Shown here: in pieces, positions 23,218 through 34,284 of the stretch
Numbering within the stretch: the first letter of the stretch is position 1
Layout: every line of letters begins with the position of its first letter
NCBI RefSeq assembly: GCF_964194025.1
Contig: NC_134472.1
Coordinates: forward strand, 32,302,001 to 32,366,000
Length of the DNA stretch: 64,000 nucleotides
Source of the DNA: Convolutriloba macropyga
Taxonomy: Eukaryota
Direction: 5' to 3'
Notes under the pieces: generated by a model
Databases searched by the model: none
What the model saw: the letters and a program-made list of their open reading frames with translations, nothing else
What the model was told of the DNA's origin: nothing
Program-made: the position numbers and the translations under genes

Positions 23218-23616
23218 TCACACTTTGATTGAATGGAATCGTGCTGAAAATTTCAGAAAACAACAATATGCTAGTCCTGTTATATGTCCCAAGAAACAAA
23301 AGTTAAATTTTGAATTAAGGAATGAAACCATGTAACAGTACCCAGGACCAATATTTAGATTTGTTTTGAGGTATCCCGTTGCATCATGAAATGTGGCATG
23401 TAAACGAAAAATTTTCGACCAATTCAAAAGTTTTTCTAACTTTGAATCACCAACTCCTATTAGACCTCCAAAGGGAGCTTCTCTGTTAATTTTATCTGGA
23501 TCTGCATTTCTGTCAAAACTTCGACAGACAGCCAAAAAATAATTTTTCCTTTTTGTATTTCCAACAAAAAGTTGACTGATTTCTTTTTCGAACTCTACAA
23601 TTTCCTTAATATTCAT
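23218..23616 (-). CDS. Phospholipase A2-like protein
   Basis: GLIGVG loop followed by a helix containing HATFHD (His-Asp dyad); hydrophobic C-terminus. Confidence 0.55.
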   Translation of the reverse strand: MNIKEIVEFEKEISQLFVGNTKRKNYFLAVCRSFDRNADPDKINREAPFGGLIGVGDSKLEKLLNWSKIFRLHATFHDATGYLKTNLNIGPGYCYMVSFLNSKFNFCFLGHITGLAYCCFLKFSARFHSIKV

Positions 23617-23700
23617 ATCAAGCAACTGTTCTGAAAGAATTTAATTCAAAAAGTGAATAAATAAAGACATCACATACATTATAAAAGTTTACAATTACTT

Positions 23701-24449
23701 CTATGCACTTTGCGATTTTGTCGGGTTTTTGACTTTGTTCAGCGCTGAAATAATTTCATTGCTCATTCGATGTAATTTCTGCAACTCCCCAATTCTGACA
23801 GAAAGGAAGCATTTCCTTCTAAAACTGTCCTTTTCAGTCCCTCGAGTGAAGAGCTTGATGCTGAAATAACATCGATTCGGATCATCTTGGTAAAATGTTC
23901 TGGTCACACATATTTTCGCCTAGCAGTCTCACTCAATTCCCAGAACACATCGAATTTTGCTTTTTCCTCCACATCAGTTGGCTGGAACAAAGTTTCGTCA
24001 ATCATCAACTTTGCAGTAACTTCTGAGGGTTCAAATTGTAGTGCTTCTTTCAACATCTCAGGTAATTTTTGGATGAAAATTTTCAATTCCCAGACCGACA
24101 GCATCAGAAACTGATGTAGAACAAATTCACCTTCGACATTTTCGCGAAAGACTTTCAAGTGGGTCCAATTCGAGCTTGTGTTGATAGTCTCCTCTGGGAT
24201 GCTGATTTGAAATTTCCGGTTGCTGTATTCTTGGAAAGACCAAAGGTTGTTGTTTCCTTGGTGATCCTCATTTGGTTTGCAAACAGTGTCCTCAACTTTC
24301 ACGTTGGTATCGGTAAACAAAGAATATATGCTTTCATTATGATAATCAAACTGGGAGGAAGGAATAACTGGTTTTCCCTTATGGTTTCGTTTGCGGAAGG
24401 GGAAGGCGTAGGGTTTTTTGCTGTCAGCTGAGACTGAACTTTGATCCAT
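23701..24449 (-). pseudogene. Protein with two PC4-like ssDNA-binding repeats; probable frameshift at ~23907
   Basis: ORFs 23904-24449 and 23701-23907 join across a TGTGTG slip; the two halves align with each other and with the PC4 pattern. Confidence 0.55.
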
Positions 24450-24569
24450 CTGTGGCGTGTGAAGTAAGTAAAAGATGAGTTTTTAAAGAAAGAAAGGAAG
24501 AATTGAATAAATAAGGTAACTGAATATTGAAAACGAAAAGCAACAAATGAATGAATTATCTTCAAGAAA

Positions 24570-24760
24570 GAGCTTTATAAATCGAACCAATACAATTTTA
24601 GTAAGAACGAGAATTATTGCGACTTCGTACCCAATGAGATCATGTAAAAGCAGTCGTAACCAATGAGATTTGAGTGTTCATCATGACGTAATAGTTATGT
24701 CATTTCTATTTTTAGTAACATCACGTGACGTGACAATTTATGTCACGTGAGGGAGAATTT
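24570..24760 (-). promoter_or_regulatory. Putative promoter for the minus-strand gene block
   Basis: TATAAA (minus) 24574-24579; CCAATGAGAT at 24631 and 24660; ATGACGTAAT 24683-24692; TCACGTGA at 24721 and 24743. Confidence 0.55.
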
Positions 24761-24788
24761 ATCAGTGAACACAAGCAACTGTTAAGAC

Positions 24789-25367
24789 CTATATTGGAGA
24801 GCACTTGTAGTTCGAGAAAGGAACATTTTGATGAAGTGGTTGGTTCTCATCATTGTCATTTTCCTGGATAGGAGGAAGAATGAGGTCTTGGAAATTGGGT
24901 AGATCGAAGATTTGTGATTTTGTAGAAAATGTATCAGCATGTTTGGAGAACATGTCTTCTACCCACCATACACCGTAGTGATTTATATCACGAGAGTACG
25001 GGAACAAAATACCTTTGCAGTCTTTCAGTGGATGAAATCCTTGTTCTTTTCGAATTCTCTCAACGGCTTGAAAATAAGTGGGGAGAGAAAGTACTGAATT
25101 GTTGACTTTTTCTTCGGCTAAGTGGAGGTTATGATGTCTAGCAGCCTCTAAAGTTCTCCACAAATCTTTCGGAAGTGTTAAGCTAGTAGTCTGTGTTTTT
25201 ATCGTTACTCTTGTGCAATCCACCTCAAAGGATAATTCGGTGTTGTTATCAGTTACTGTTGTTCTAAATTTTGATTCCTCTTTGTTGGGAACGAAATCTA
25301 AATCAGAATGAAATGTCGAAAGAAAAGATGTTGAAGGAAGTAAAGGAAGTGTTGGAGTATTTTGCAT
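24789..25367 (-). CDS. Polinton hypothetical protein (~192 aa)
   Basis: Long ATG-initiated ORF co-oriented with the block; weak PC4-like segment VTIKTQTTSLTLPKDLWRTL. Confidence 0.6.
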   Translation of the reverse strand: MQNTPTLPLLPSTSFLSTFHSDLDFVPNKEESKFRTTVTDNNTELSFEVDCTRVTIKTQTTSLTLPKDLWRTLEAARHHNLHLAEEKVNNSVLSLPTYFQAVERIRKEQGFHPLKDCKGILFPYSRDINHYGVWWVEDMFSKHADTFSTKSQIFDLPNFQDLILPPIQENDNDENQPLHQNVPFSNYKCSPI

Positions 25368-25489
25368 TTTTTTATGACCACTGATTTTCAAATGAGACAA
25401 ACCACAAAATGAACAGAGTTTCTCGGTCCTAGCTTATTTAAACATAGATTATACGAATGATATGATTGGTTAAAAAAATTCATTATAGT

Positions 25490-26250
25490 AAAACATTTTT
25501 ACAAAAAAAAATTAATATAAAACTTTTACATAAAAAAACTTCAAAAATTGAAAAATGGAATAAAAGAAAAATAAAAAACCGCAAAATTTGCATTTTCTGT
25601 TAAAAACCTTATGTAAAAAACCGCATTTTTGAAAGAAATTTATTTTAAGTAAAAACGATTTTTTTTCCAAAAAAAATTACATTAAAAAACTTCAAAAACT
25701 GAAAAAATGGAAAAATAGAAAAATAAAAAACATCAAAATCTGCATTTTTTGCTAAAACCTTATGTAAAAAACGACATTTTTGAAAGATATTTAATTTAAG
25801 GAAAACAATTCTTTTCAAAAAAAATAATAAAAATTTACATGCAAAAAACTGCAAAACTGAAAAATGATAAAATAGAAAAATAAAAAAACATAAAAATCTG
25901 CATTTTTTGTTATAAACCTTATGTAAAAAACAACTTTTTTTAAATAAGAAATATTCTAAAAAAATTAGCATTTCTATAAAAATAATTATTTTTTTAAATT
26001 AAACTCAAAAATTCGAAAAAAAAATGAAAACTATTTTTTTTTCGAAAACTAAGAAATGGAAAAAAAGAAAATTTCAAATTATACATTTTTCATCAAAAAC
26101 CTTACGAAAAAAAAGACATTTTTCAACCAAAATTGATTTAATTAAATTTAAAAAAAATAAATTTAAAATAAAAAAATTTACATAAAAAACTTCAAAAATT
26201 GAAAAGTGGAAAAATAAAATAAAAAAAAAACAAAAATAATTATTTCCTTT
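25490..26250. repeat. A-rich subterminal tandem repeat, ~150-185-bp unit, about 5 copies
   Basis: AAAACCTTATGTAAAAAA-like anchor at ~25603, 25754, 25913 and 26097. Confidence 0.85.
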
Positions 26251-26259
26251 CAAAAAAGT

Positions 26260-26482
26260 TTAAGTAGATAAGATTAGCTGAAGTGCATTAGAGCGGATGC
26301 ATTTCCTTGGGGTAATTACGATAATTACCCCTGGGTAATTACGATAAGATGACAGGTCTATTGTTCTCACTCTCTTTTTTAGGTACGTCTTTGGAAAATT
26401 GATGAAAATAGGCTATAGGTAATCTTTATACATAGGTACGTCCTTTTACCCCCCCCCCCAGCTCTGCTCGCCTACTACTACT
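26260..26482 (-). repeat. Polinton right terminal inverted repeat (223 bp)
   Basis: Reverse complement of 11564-11787. Confidence 0.97.
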
Positions 26483-27900
26483 CGACCCCACTTTTAGTGA
26501 GAGAAGTATATGTCGAAAGGATTTGTTTTTTTTATATAAATATTTATCGTAGAGAGTTGTGCGTGGTATCATGAGAAAGCATGTCCAGCGTATAATATTT
26601 AAATAAGTTTTTCTCGAATTTCGACTTTTTGTGGAGTTATAGAGGTTTACACTTTTGTGAGCATCGGCTAATTTTAGCAATGTTTGTTCACCTTTTAGAA
26701 TTTTTTGTGTTCAAATTTTATTTGGTTTTGATCAAACAAATTCAAATGTGACCAAACACGTTATTGTTGTCATTTTCTCAAAAAGTGACACGGAGTTACT
26801 GAATCTATTAGTTTGAAATTTTTGTCTCAATATTTGATAAAAAAACCCATTTTTTACAAGAAAACGAGCCCAAAATTAATTATTTTTGGTAATACTTCCC
26901 GAAAGCACTGCCATAAATCCTGTTCAAACGATCAAATAAACTACATCGAGGGCTAGTTGGACCTGACCTCTACTATCTGGAAATTTTTCCATCCAATTAC
27001 AATCGAAATAACGTTATTTTGTTCACCTTTAGCGCAACTTTCAGTCTATTTCAAATTTTTGCATGGTTTCAAACAATTACCTATTAGTTAGAGCCGAGCA
27101 TCGATAGTCACGCCAAAATTTGTCTCATTGTGGTTTTTACAATTCTTAAGATTTAGATTGTATTGGGCGTTGTGTTTTTTGAAGATCTCTTCTCACTTGC
27201 TTCCACTTTTGATGTTTAATTTGATTATTTATTTGACAAAATGTTTGATACCTTCGAGAAAATTTTTCGACTTTCCAGTCGACGGTTTATGGGTTTTTAC
27301 GGCTTCGACAAAAAATGTTTGCAAAAACAGCTTTTCCTTCGATTTTTGTTTTTGCTAAACTGAGAGTTCCTCGAAGAGTATCTCTGAGTCTCAATACTGA
27401 CCGCTCTCATTGAATTCTTAGCAAGGCATAACTAAACCTATTTAGCGTTTTCACTTGATAGCTAAAGTTTCCAATGAATTTATCTCAATAAATTTTTAGT
27501 TTATACACTAAAGTTTCAGTGGAGTGTTTTGAGTATTTTGTGCGCTTTTTATGTCGTGTATTTATTTGCAGTAAAGTTGATACTAGTGCTTTGGGTTGAT
27601 AGATTGTGTATTATAAGACTTTATGGTTGTGTTTATAAAAAATTGTGATATTTTATACGACTAATTGTTATCTGTTTTGTTGTCTTGTCTCATAGTATCA
27701 TTAACTGCAAGTGCTTTCGTATTTTATTTATAATTGAACAAATCTGATGGTCTTTTCACTTGATAGTTCAGTATTTTAGGACTATAACACTAAACCATCT
27801 TGCAAAAAGACGGCGAATTTTTGAATTCTGCGTTTTCCTTGTTGTTCTCTTTTGTCGGCTTCTAACTTAATGCCAGATACCATCTCCTTTCCAGGAAAGC
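26483..27900. mobile_element. Remainder of a TGTTCCGACCC-terminated non-autonomous element interrupted by the Polinton (its first 11 bp are at 11553-11563); distal end uncertain
   Basis: 26489-26700 aligns with the reverse complement of ~33380-33604; further patches match 30260-31730. Confidence 0.6.
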
Positions 27901-28772
27901 ATATGTGAATCAGTTCAATAGTTTCAGATTTCATCTATCAAATAGCAATAAATTTGTGATTGCCTTTCGCAATTATAACACATTTAGTTTTGGGCGAAAA
28001 ATGAAGTTCTCTCTATAAGTTTTTCCTCCTTTTTCTTATTAATTTAGCAGATTTAGTCTCAAACGTTTAGCTCACCGTCAAAAATATTCGTTATTGTTAC
28101 AATTTTACTTGTCAAGTCACTAATTTCCTTGTTGCAATTCAGAACCTGTCCTGCCTTTTTTAGTTTTCTAATTCATCGTCTTCTTTGATTCATGTTACGA
28201 CCATCTCAGTACGCGCCCAGATTTCCAAGGGCGACTTCAAATGTGAAATCTACCACTCAGCAGCTCAATTTGTCTGCGTGAAGTCAATTGTTACTGCATT
28301 TATTAGGTATTTTTAGGTCATTTAGGTGATCAATTAGTTGAGCTTTCATGTCTGAACTCACTCAGTTAAACTCACTGTGTACCCACATACTAAATTCAAA
28401 ATGAGAATTAAAAATTTAATTGAAATTTAATAGATCTCGCCCAAGCTAGATACTTCTAAAGCAATGTTACTCGGTATATTACTTTTTGAACAATGATTTG
28501 AATATGCTAGAATTTGAATTCAGAATTTCATGTTTGGTGTCTGGCAAAGTTAGCCTTTCACTTGATAAATTTTATTGACTTGAATTCTTTTTGTTCAGCC
28601 ATAATTTTTTATTCAGCCATGAATCTCTTTGTTCAGCCATGTCACACCTGTGTGCTTAATTTCCGAAAAAAAACTATGCTTACAAACGCTAAATTTTAGT
28701 ACACTTACTCAAACTCTTACAACCGGGGATATAAAAAATTTTACGGGTCAAAATTGACAATTAACACTGTAC

Positions 28773-29049
28773 CTGGACTAAGCTTGGCTCTGACTTTGTG
28801 AAACCACTGATTGCACAGAATATTGCTCTCAGGTTTCTCCAAATCCACCACAAATATCAACAGTGAGTATTTGTCAGAGTCAAATTCCGTGTCGTGTTGA
28901 ATGACCTCAAAGTTAACAGTGTTGTCAAGTTCTGAGAGCAGCTTGGACTTTGAAAGCCACGCTTCAACTGATTTTTTCCCACAGTTTTCAACCCCAGAAA
29001 TAATACCAACTAGCTCTGCTTGATCACCTTTTCCTTTAAACGACTTCAG
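28773..29049 (-). CDS. Arf/Arl-like small GTPase-fold protein, internal exon (first exon not established)
   Basis: Acceptor atatttcag| at 29050; degenerate P-loop GVENCGKKS; LIFVVD strand; donor G|GTACAG at 28772. Confidence 0.75.
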
Positions 29050-30023
29050 CTGAAATATAAAAATATAATTCATTAAGAACCTTAATGGGTATCATTGCAA
29101 GAAAATACAGCAATCCAAATCAGAATTTCCGTTTGTTGTTTATAGAAACTAGAACTTCTGAAACTGTTTTATGTACAAAATATGTTAATAACAAAGAGGT
29201 AACAGTTCGGTGTCATTTATTTGGAATTTTACGGCAACGAGCTGCAATTGACAGCGTAAAAGAATCAACTCAAAGTAGAGTAGATTTCTTAAGTCTCATT
29301 GCCTGGGAGAAACTTTAAAGTAATTACGCCCGTTTAAAAATATACTTCTCGTAGCTTCGGATTAGTAGCTAACATAAATCCTCCACTTTTTCTTCATTTG
29401 GCGTCGAGGATTGATAATTTCGATGCCACAAAGTTTATCAAAGGAGCTCAAATGAGCTTCCACTCCAGTTGTTTTTTTTTTATTTATTGACTGACGCACT
29501 GAATATTTGAAGCCCTTACTTCTCTTAGACGTCAGGCATTCAAAGGCATTTGAGATATTACTAAACGTGATTTTTACACAGGTGAATTTCTAAGAGTTGA
29601 GCAGCAAATGAAAAGTTGAGATAAAGGATTATGCTAATTTTCGCACCGTCGAAAAATTTTTGAACAATAAGAAAACTGAACTTTTGCCGGCGTTCTTTTG
29701 GAAAGCAACATAGTAAATTACATATAGGCAGTCCGATAAAACCAAAAAAGACATCTAATTATGGCTGATGTTAACCAATGTTCTGAAATGGATGTCAAAC
29801 GCAACAAAAACTTTTACGAATAAGTTGAGCCAATCTTTATACACTATTTGATCTAATCATCCCACAAAACAATTCAATTAGACTATTGTTCCCATAAATT
29901 TTAACCAGATCCATTTCCTAAGTATGTCCAAGGAATCTACTAATGTCTCGTTTCAGGTGTCCCAAAAAGAACAGTGAAATTTAAAGTAAACAAGGCGGCT
30001 CGTTAATGTGCGTTCACACATGA

Positions 30024-33000
30024 TGTTCCGACCCGAGCTCATCTACATTTTTGACTTAATTGTCAACCAAATGAAGAAATAACAAAAATAGATGTTTGCG
30101 TTTAAAACAATCGTTACAGAACCTATCTACTAATTGAATTACATAATGCCATGCCTTATTACAGCGCCAATGAGATCTGACCTTACAGAGACTACGAGAC
30201 AAAAAAAAACAAAAAAAAATAGCAAAAACAAAAACTTCACGGCAAAAACTGAATATCTAAATGTAAATCAAAGAGTAACAACGTCAAAATGCAGTCAGGT
30301 AAAAACATAACTACTCAAATTTAATTGTCCCAACTATACAGCGGACGGAAAGTTTTGTTAAGGAGATTATGTTACGATCAATGAGGCGAAATTCAAGAAT
30401 TAATCAACATTTTTTAAACCAAGAACTTTCAAAAGTCTTAAAAATCATTAGCTTTTAACTAAATAATCCATGATAAATTACCAAAAAGTTACTACGAAAG
30501 CAACATGCTTTGTCTTTGGGTAGTTTAAGCTTTAGATACGAACTAAAGAAAAACCTAAAAAAAATTAGAAACGATTTGCGAAAACATAAATTATTGCTAC
30601 CATTAAAATCATTAGCTATTATCTGAATATTATGTATTTTTAATTTAGTTCTTATTTCTACTATTCTTATTCACCTGCAGGAATTATACTGAGAGATTAG
30701 ATAAGTTTATTTGGGCCATATTTGTAGACCATTAGGATCTGTCACTACGCGATTGTTCTGAAAGAAGAGAAAAAGAAGCGCAAAAAATGACCACTCAAAA
30801 AACGTTTAGGAAAACGCATATTGTCTAACAAAGCATGGGTGAAAAAAATATCAGTAGATATGTTGTTTTTTGGAATAAAAGAAATTGGTTGTGATCTCTC
30901 ATTGATGAAAATAAGTTACAATTTGACGAAAAGAACAACAAAAACTAAAAAGTTTGAAAAATGTTTGAAAATGTATATCATAAATTTTAAGACTAAAGGC
31001 TATAAACTGACTAACAGATTCGGTTAACATAATTAATTCAATCCTCAATTAGAAGCCTAAGAGACTTGTCGGCAATTTACGGCTACCTAACGAACAACAA
31101 CAGGCAAAAACAGCAATTTCAAAAAAAAAATTGAGCGAGAAAAGTGTCGAAGGCATTAAAAATGAACTTTTCACCAAAACTTTTCTATGCTCAATTAATG
31201 TTTTAACATCAATGGAATTCCTCTTTCTTATCAATGTAGTTTCAAAAAAATCAAATAGGAACAAATACATTAGAACCACGAAACTTTTGAGAAAACTGGT
31301 AGTATCAACGCCATTAATTTCATTAGCTTTCAACGGAATCCACTAAATACGCTAAATTATGCCTCCATGGGACAACAAATTTATTGGCCAATGATAATTG
31401 GTCAATAAGACCTTACAACAAGTTATTGAAGATGAAAAGAACAACAAAGTCAGGCATCAACTAAAAACTGAGTAGAAAAGTGCCAAAAGAAAGTGTCGAA
31501 GGAATTTAAATCATAAGTTCTTCTGTGAAAACTATTAGTATTAGGATAATGTGATTAGATTTCAAAAGGATCCAGAAAAGAAAATACCCGAAAATTTTTT
31601 TAAAAAATTTGAAAACTAGTGGCATTGAAGTTTTAAAACTAATAGTTAGAAGAAAAAACCGCTAATCAGATCATTTTTGGCTGCATTAGAAACAAAAAGG
31701 GATCCTGTAAGTACTGAGACTCAATAAGAGTCCACGAAAAAAGTTTAGGATCAGTTAATGTTCAAAAAAATTTTCGAAAAACTTTTTTAAAAGTCTTAAC
31801 AGGCATTAAAATCAAAAGCGTTTAACGCAGGTCAATAACTATGCTCAGAAATAACACAATGGCAGGAAAAAATTGTTTGCCATGCATAGATAATCAAAAG
31901 GAGATCACAAAAAAGTCTTAAGACTAGAAAAACAACAAAAACAAAAACATGCGCAAACCAAAAGTCAGTAGAAAAGTGCGAAAAGAAAATTTCGAAGCCA
32001 TTTAAACCATTACCTTTTCTCTGAAAAGTTTATCTGTGATCCACTGAATGTCTTTTCCAAGCCAATGTGATTAGAATAAAATTTGAATAATGTGTATAAT
32101 ATTTGGATAAGGTGATAAGAGTTCAAAAGTAACCAACGATACGAAAACATGCATTTTTTTTAAATTTTGAATTCATGTGTTATTGAAGTCAAATAATCAA
32201 TAGTTAGAAGATAAAACCGCCAACAAAATTTATTTTAGTTTCAATAGAAAGCAAGTGGATTCTGTCGATACTGAGACTGAATAACAGTACACGAAAATTT
32301 TTAGATTAGTTAATGTTCAAACTAATTTTTCGAATTTTTTTTTTTAATTCTTAACAGCCATTAAATTCAATTAATTTCAACGGTCAATAAATACGCCCAA
32401 ATATGCTTCAATAGGAGTACGGGGACGTTTGTCATGCATTGGTGATCAATAAGACATCACAACAAGTCTTTTGACTATGAAAACAACAACAAAATCAGGC
32501 ACAAACCAAAAATTCAGTAGAGAAGTGCGAGAAGAAAATGTCGAAGCCATTTGAAACCAAGCTTATCACTGAAAAATTTAACTGTTATCCACTGAACGTC
32601 TTCATTGAAGCCAATAGGAGCTGTCAATAGGATAATGTGATAAGATTTCAAAAGTAACCAATAATACGGAAATATCCGAAAAAATTTTTAAAACTTTTTG
32701 AAATCTTGTGTCATTAAAGTCATATTACTAAAAGTTAGAAGATAAAACCGCCAGACAAAATTTGGCTACAGTAGTACGGAATATGGTGCTGTCATCACAG
32801 AGACTGACTTACAGTTCACGATTAATAAGTTTATGATTGGTTAGTGTTCGAAAAAAATTTCAAAAAATTATTTTTAAAGTCTTAACAGCCATTAGGTGTC
32901 CACTCAAAGCACTAGATATGTTCACTTAAATCTCATCACGTAACATATTGCACTATTAGGCAATGAGTCCATGCCATTAGACTCCAAAAAATTAGCAAGA

Positions 33001-33614
33001 CCTCAAAAAAAATTCAAAATTTCATTTAAAATTACGAAAACTCAGAGTCGAATTTAAAAAAAACATGAGCAATTACTTGAAAAGGATTTTTTTTGTTCAT
33101 CGGGCTTCAGTTGACTGTAAAGGAGGTTTGTAATTAACGGAACCCCGATATGAAAAGTGACTTGTCTCCAGGTGACTTAAAAAAGCAAAAAAGTAGAAAA
33201 GTTTTATAAAAAAAGAGCTCTCAAATAGATTTCGAATTTTTTTGATATTGAAGCTCCCTATGAGACCAGAACTAGTTTTTTTTATTGCCTTTAGTCTATT
33301 AGGAACACGAAATTGGTCCATTTTTCGGCATGAAATTTAAGTTTGAAATATTTTATAGAAAAATATCTTAATTTGAAGAAAGATCACACTAAAAGTGAAC
33401 AAATATCCCATGTTCACACAAAACTTCAATCCTCGATAACTCCTCGAAAAAAACAAAAATCAAAAAAATCTTAATTTTGAATTCTACGCTGGACCAGCTT
33501 TTTAATGATACCACTCACATTTCTCTGAGATGAATATATCGATCGGCCAAAATTGACTGAACAAAAAACCCATTTGAGTATATAGTTCCTCCCCCCCACA
33601 AGTGGGTCGGAACA
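30024..33614. mobile_element. Non-autonomous DNA transposon with TGT...ACA ends (Ginger-like), 3.6 kb
   Basis: 11-bp perfect TIR TGTTCCGACCC / GGGTCGGAACA; flanking 4-mers ATGA / ATAA (imperfect TSD); no coding capacity. Confidence 0.6.
31100..32890. repeat. Diverged internal tandem repeat, ~0.35-0.55-kb units x4
   Basis: Anchors like AAAGTGTCGAAGGCATT at ~31140, 31490, 31985 and 32535; recurring GTTAGAAGATAAAACCGC and TACTGAGACT motifs. Confidence 0.75.
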
Positions 33615-34284
33615 ATAACAATTTGAGAACAAAAATTAAATGCTATGAAGAGTTCATTTGGTCGTTGACTTGACATTTTTTGAATTAATTGAGTAAAATC
33701 AAAAACATTTTATCCGCAAATCACCAAAACCAAAGACAAAAAACTGCATTGAGAATGAGATCTTTATTTCACATCATTTTGTAAACACTGATGTCTTTCA
33801 AGTAATATAGCTTTATAGTTATCTATCTTGGGTGGTCTCTAAGGAACTGCAATTATAGTATAAATTCTAAATTTACATTACACAAGCGAGTGCAGAACTC
33901 ATTTTTATTAAGTGAGGTACGTGATAAACCCTCCAAAAACCTATCAAACAGCTGACCCCAAAACTTAATCAAAAAGCAGTAACAAATGACTCCACGCACA
34001 TAAATTTAGCTTTTGAGTGGTGAAGGTCACCGAAAAAATGCTATTAATGAACAGCTATTAATAACACTAACAAACCAGATCTAGATTTCTAACGGATTTC
34101 TTTTTACTTAAGATGGACAACCAAAACAGATTAAACAAAATTCCGTCTCTGAGTGGAACGTTCATTGAGTAACAATTATACGTTTCCAGCGTACTATGAT
34201 GGCATCTTACAATTGTGTAAGTGTTCCATCATTTAAGGTTACTAGCTACTTCCACTACCACTACCAGAGCTATAGTAAAAAAAA

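Larger units (their letters stand above)
11564..26482. mobile_element. Polinton/Maverick (endogenous polintovirus), complete, 14,919 bp
   Basis: TIRs beginning AGTAGTAGTAG; 6-bp TSD CGACCC at 11558-11563 and 26483-26488; pPolB, INT, PRO, ATPase, MCP and mCP genes. Confidence 0.98.

Noticed and set aside
25645-26680. ORFs in the right subterminal repeat and TIR (also 11355-11621)
   Set aside because: Low-complexity or junction-spanning translations; the shared GGGVKGRTYV ending just reflects the TIR
29346-29375. Candidate first exon MLATNPKLRE|gt for the Arf-like gene
   Set aside because: Phase fits, but it is too short to support without transcripts
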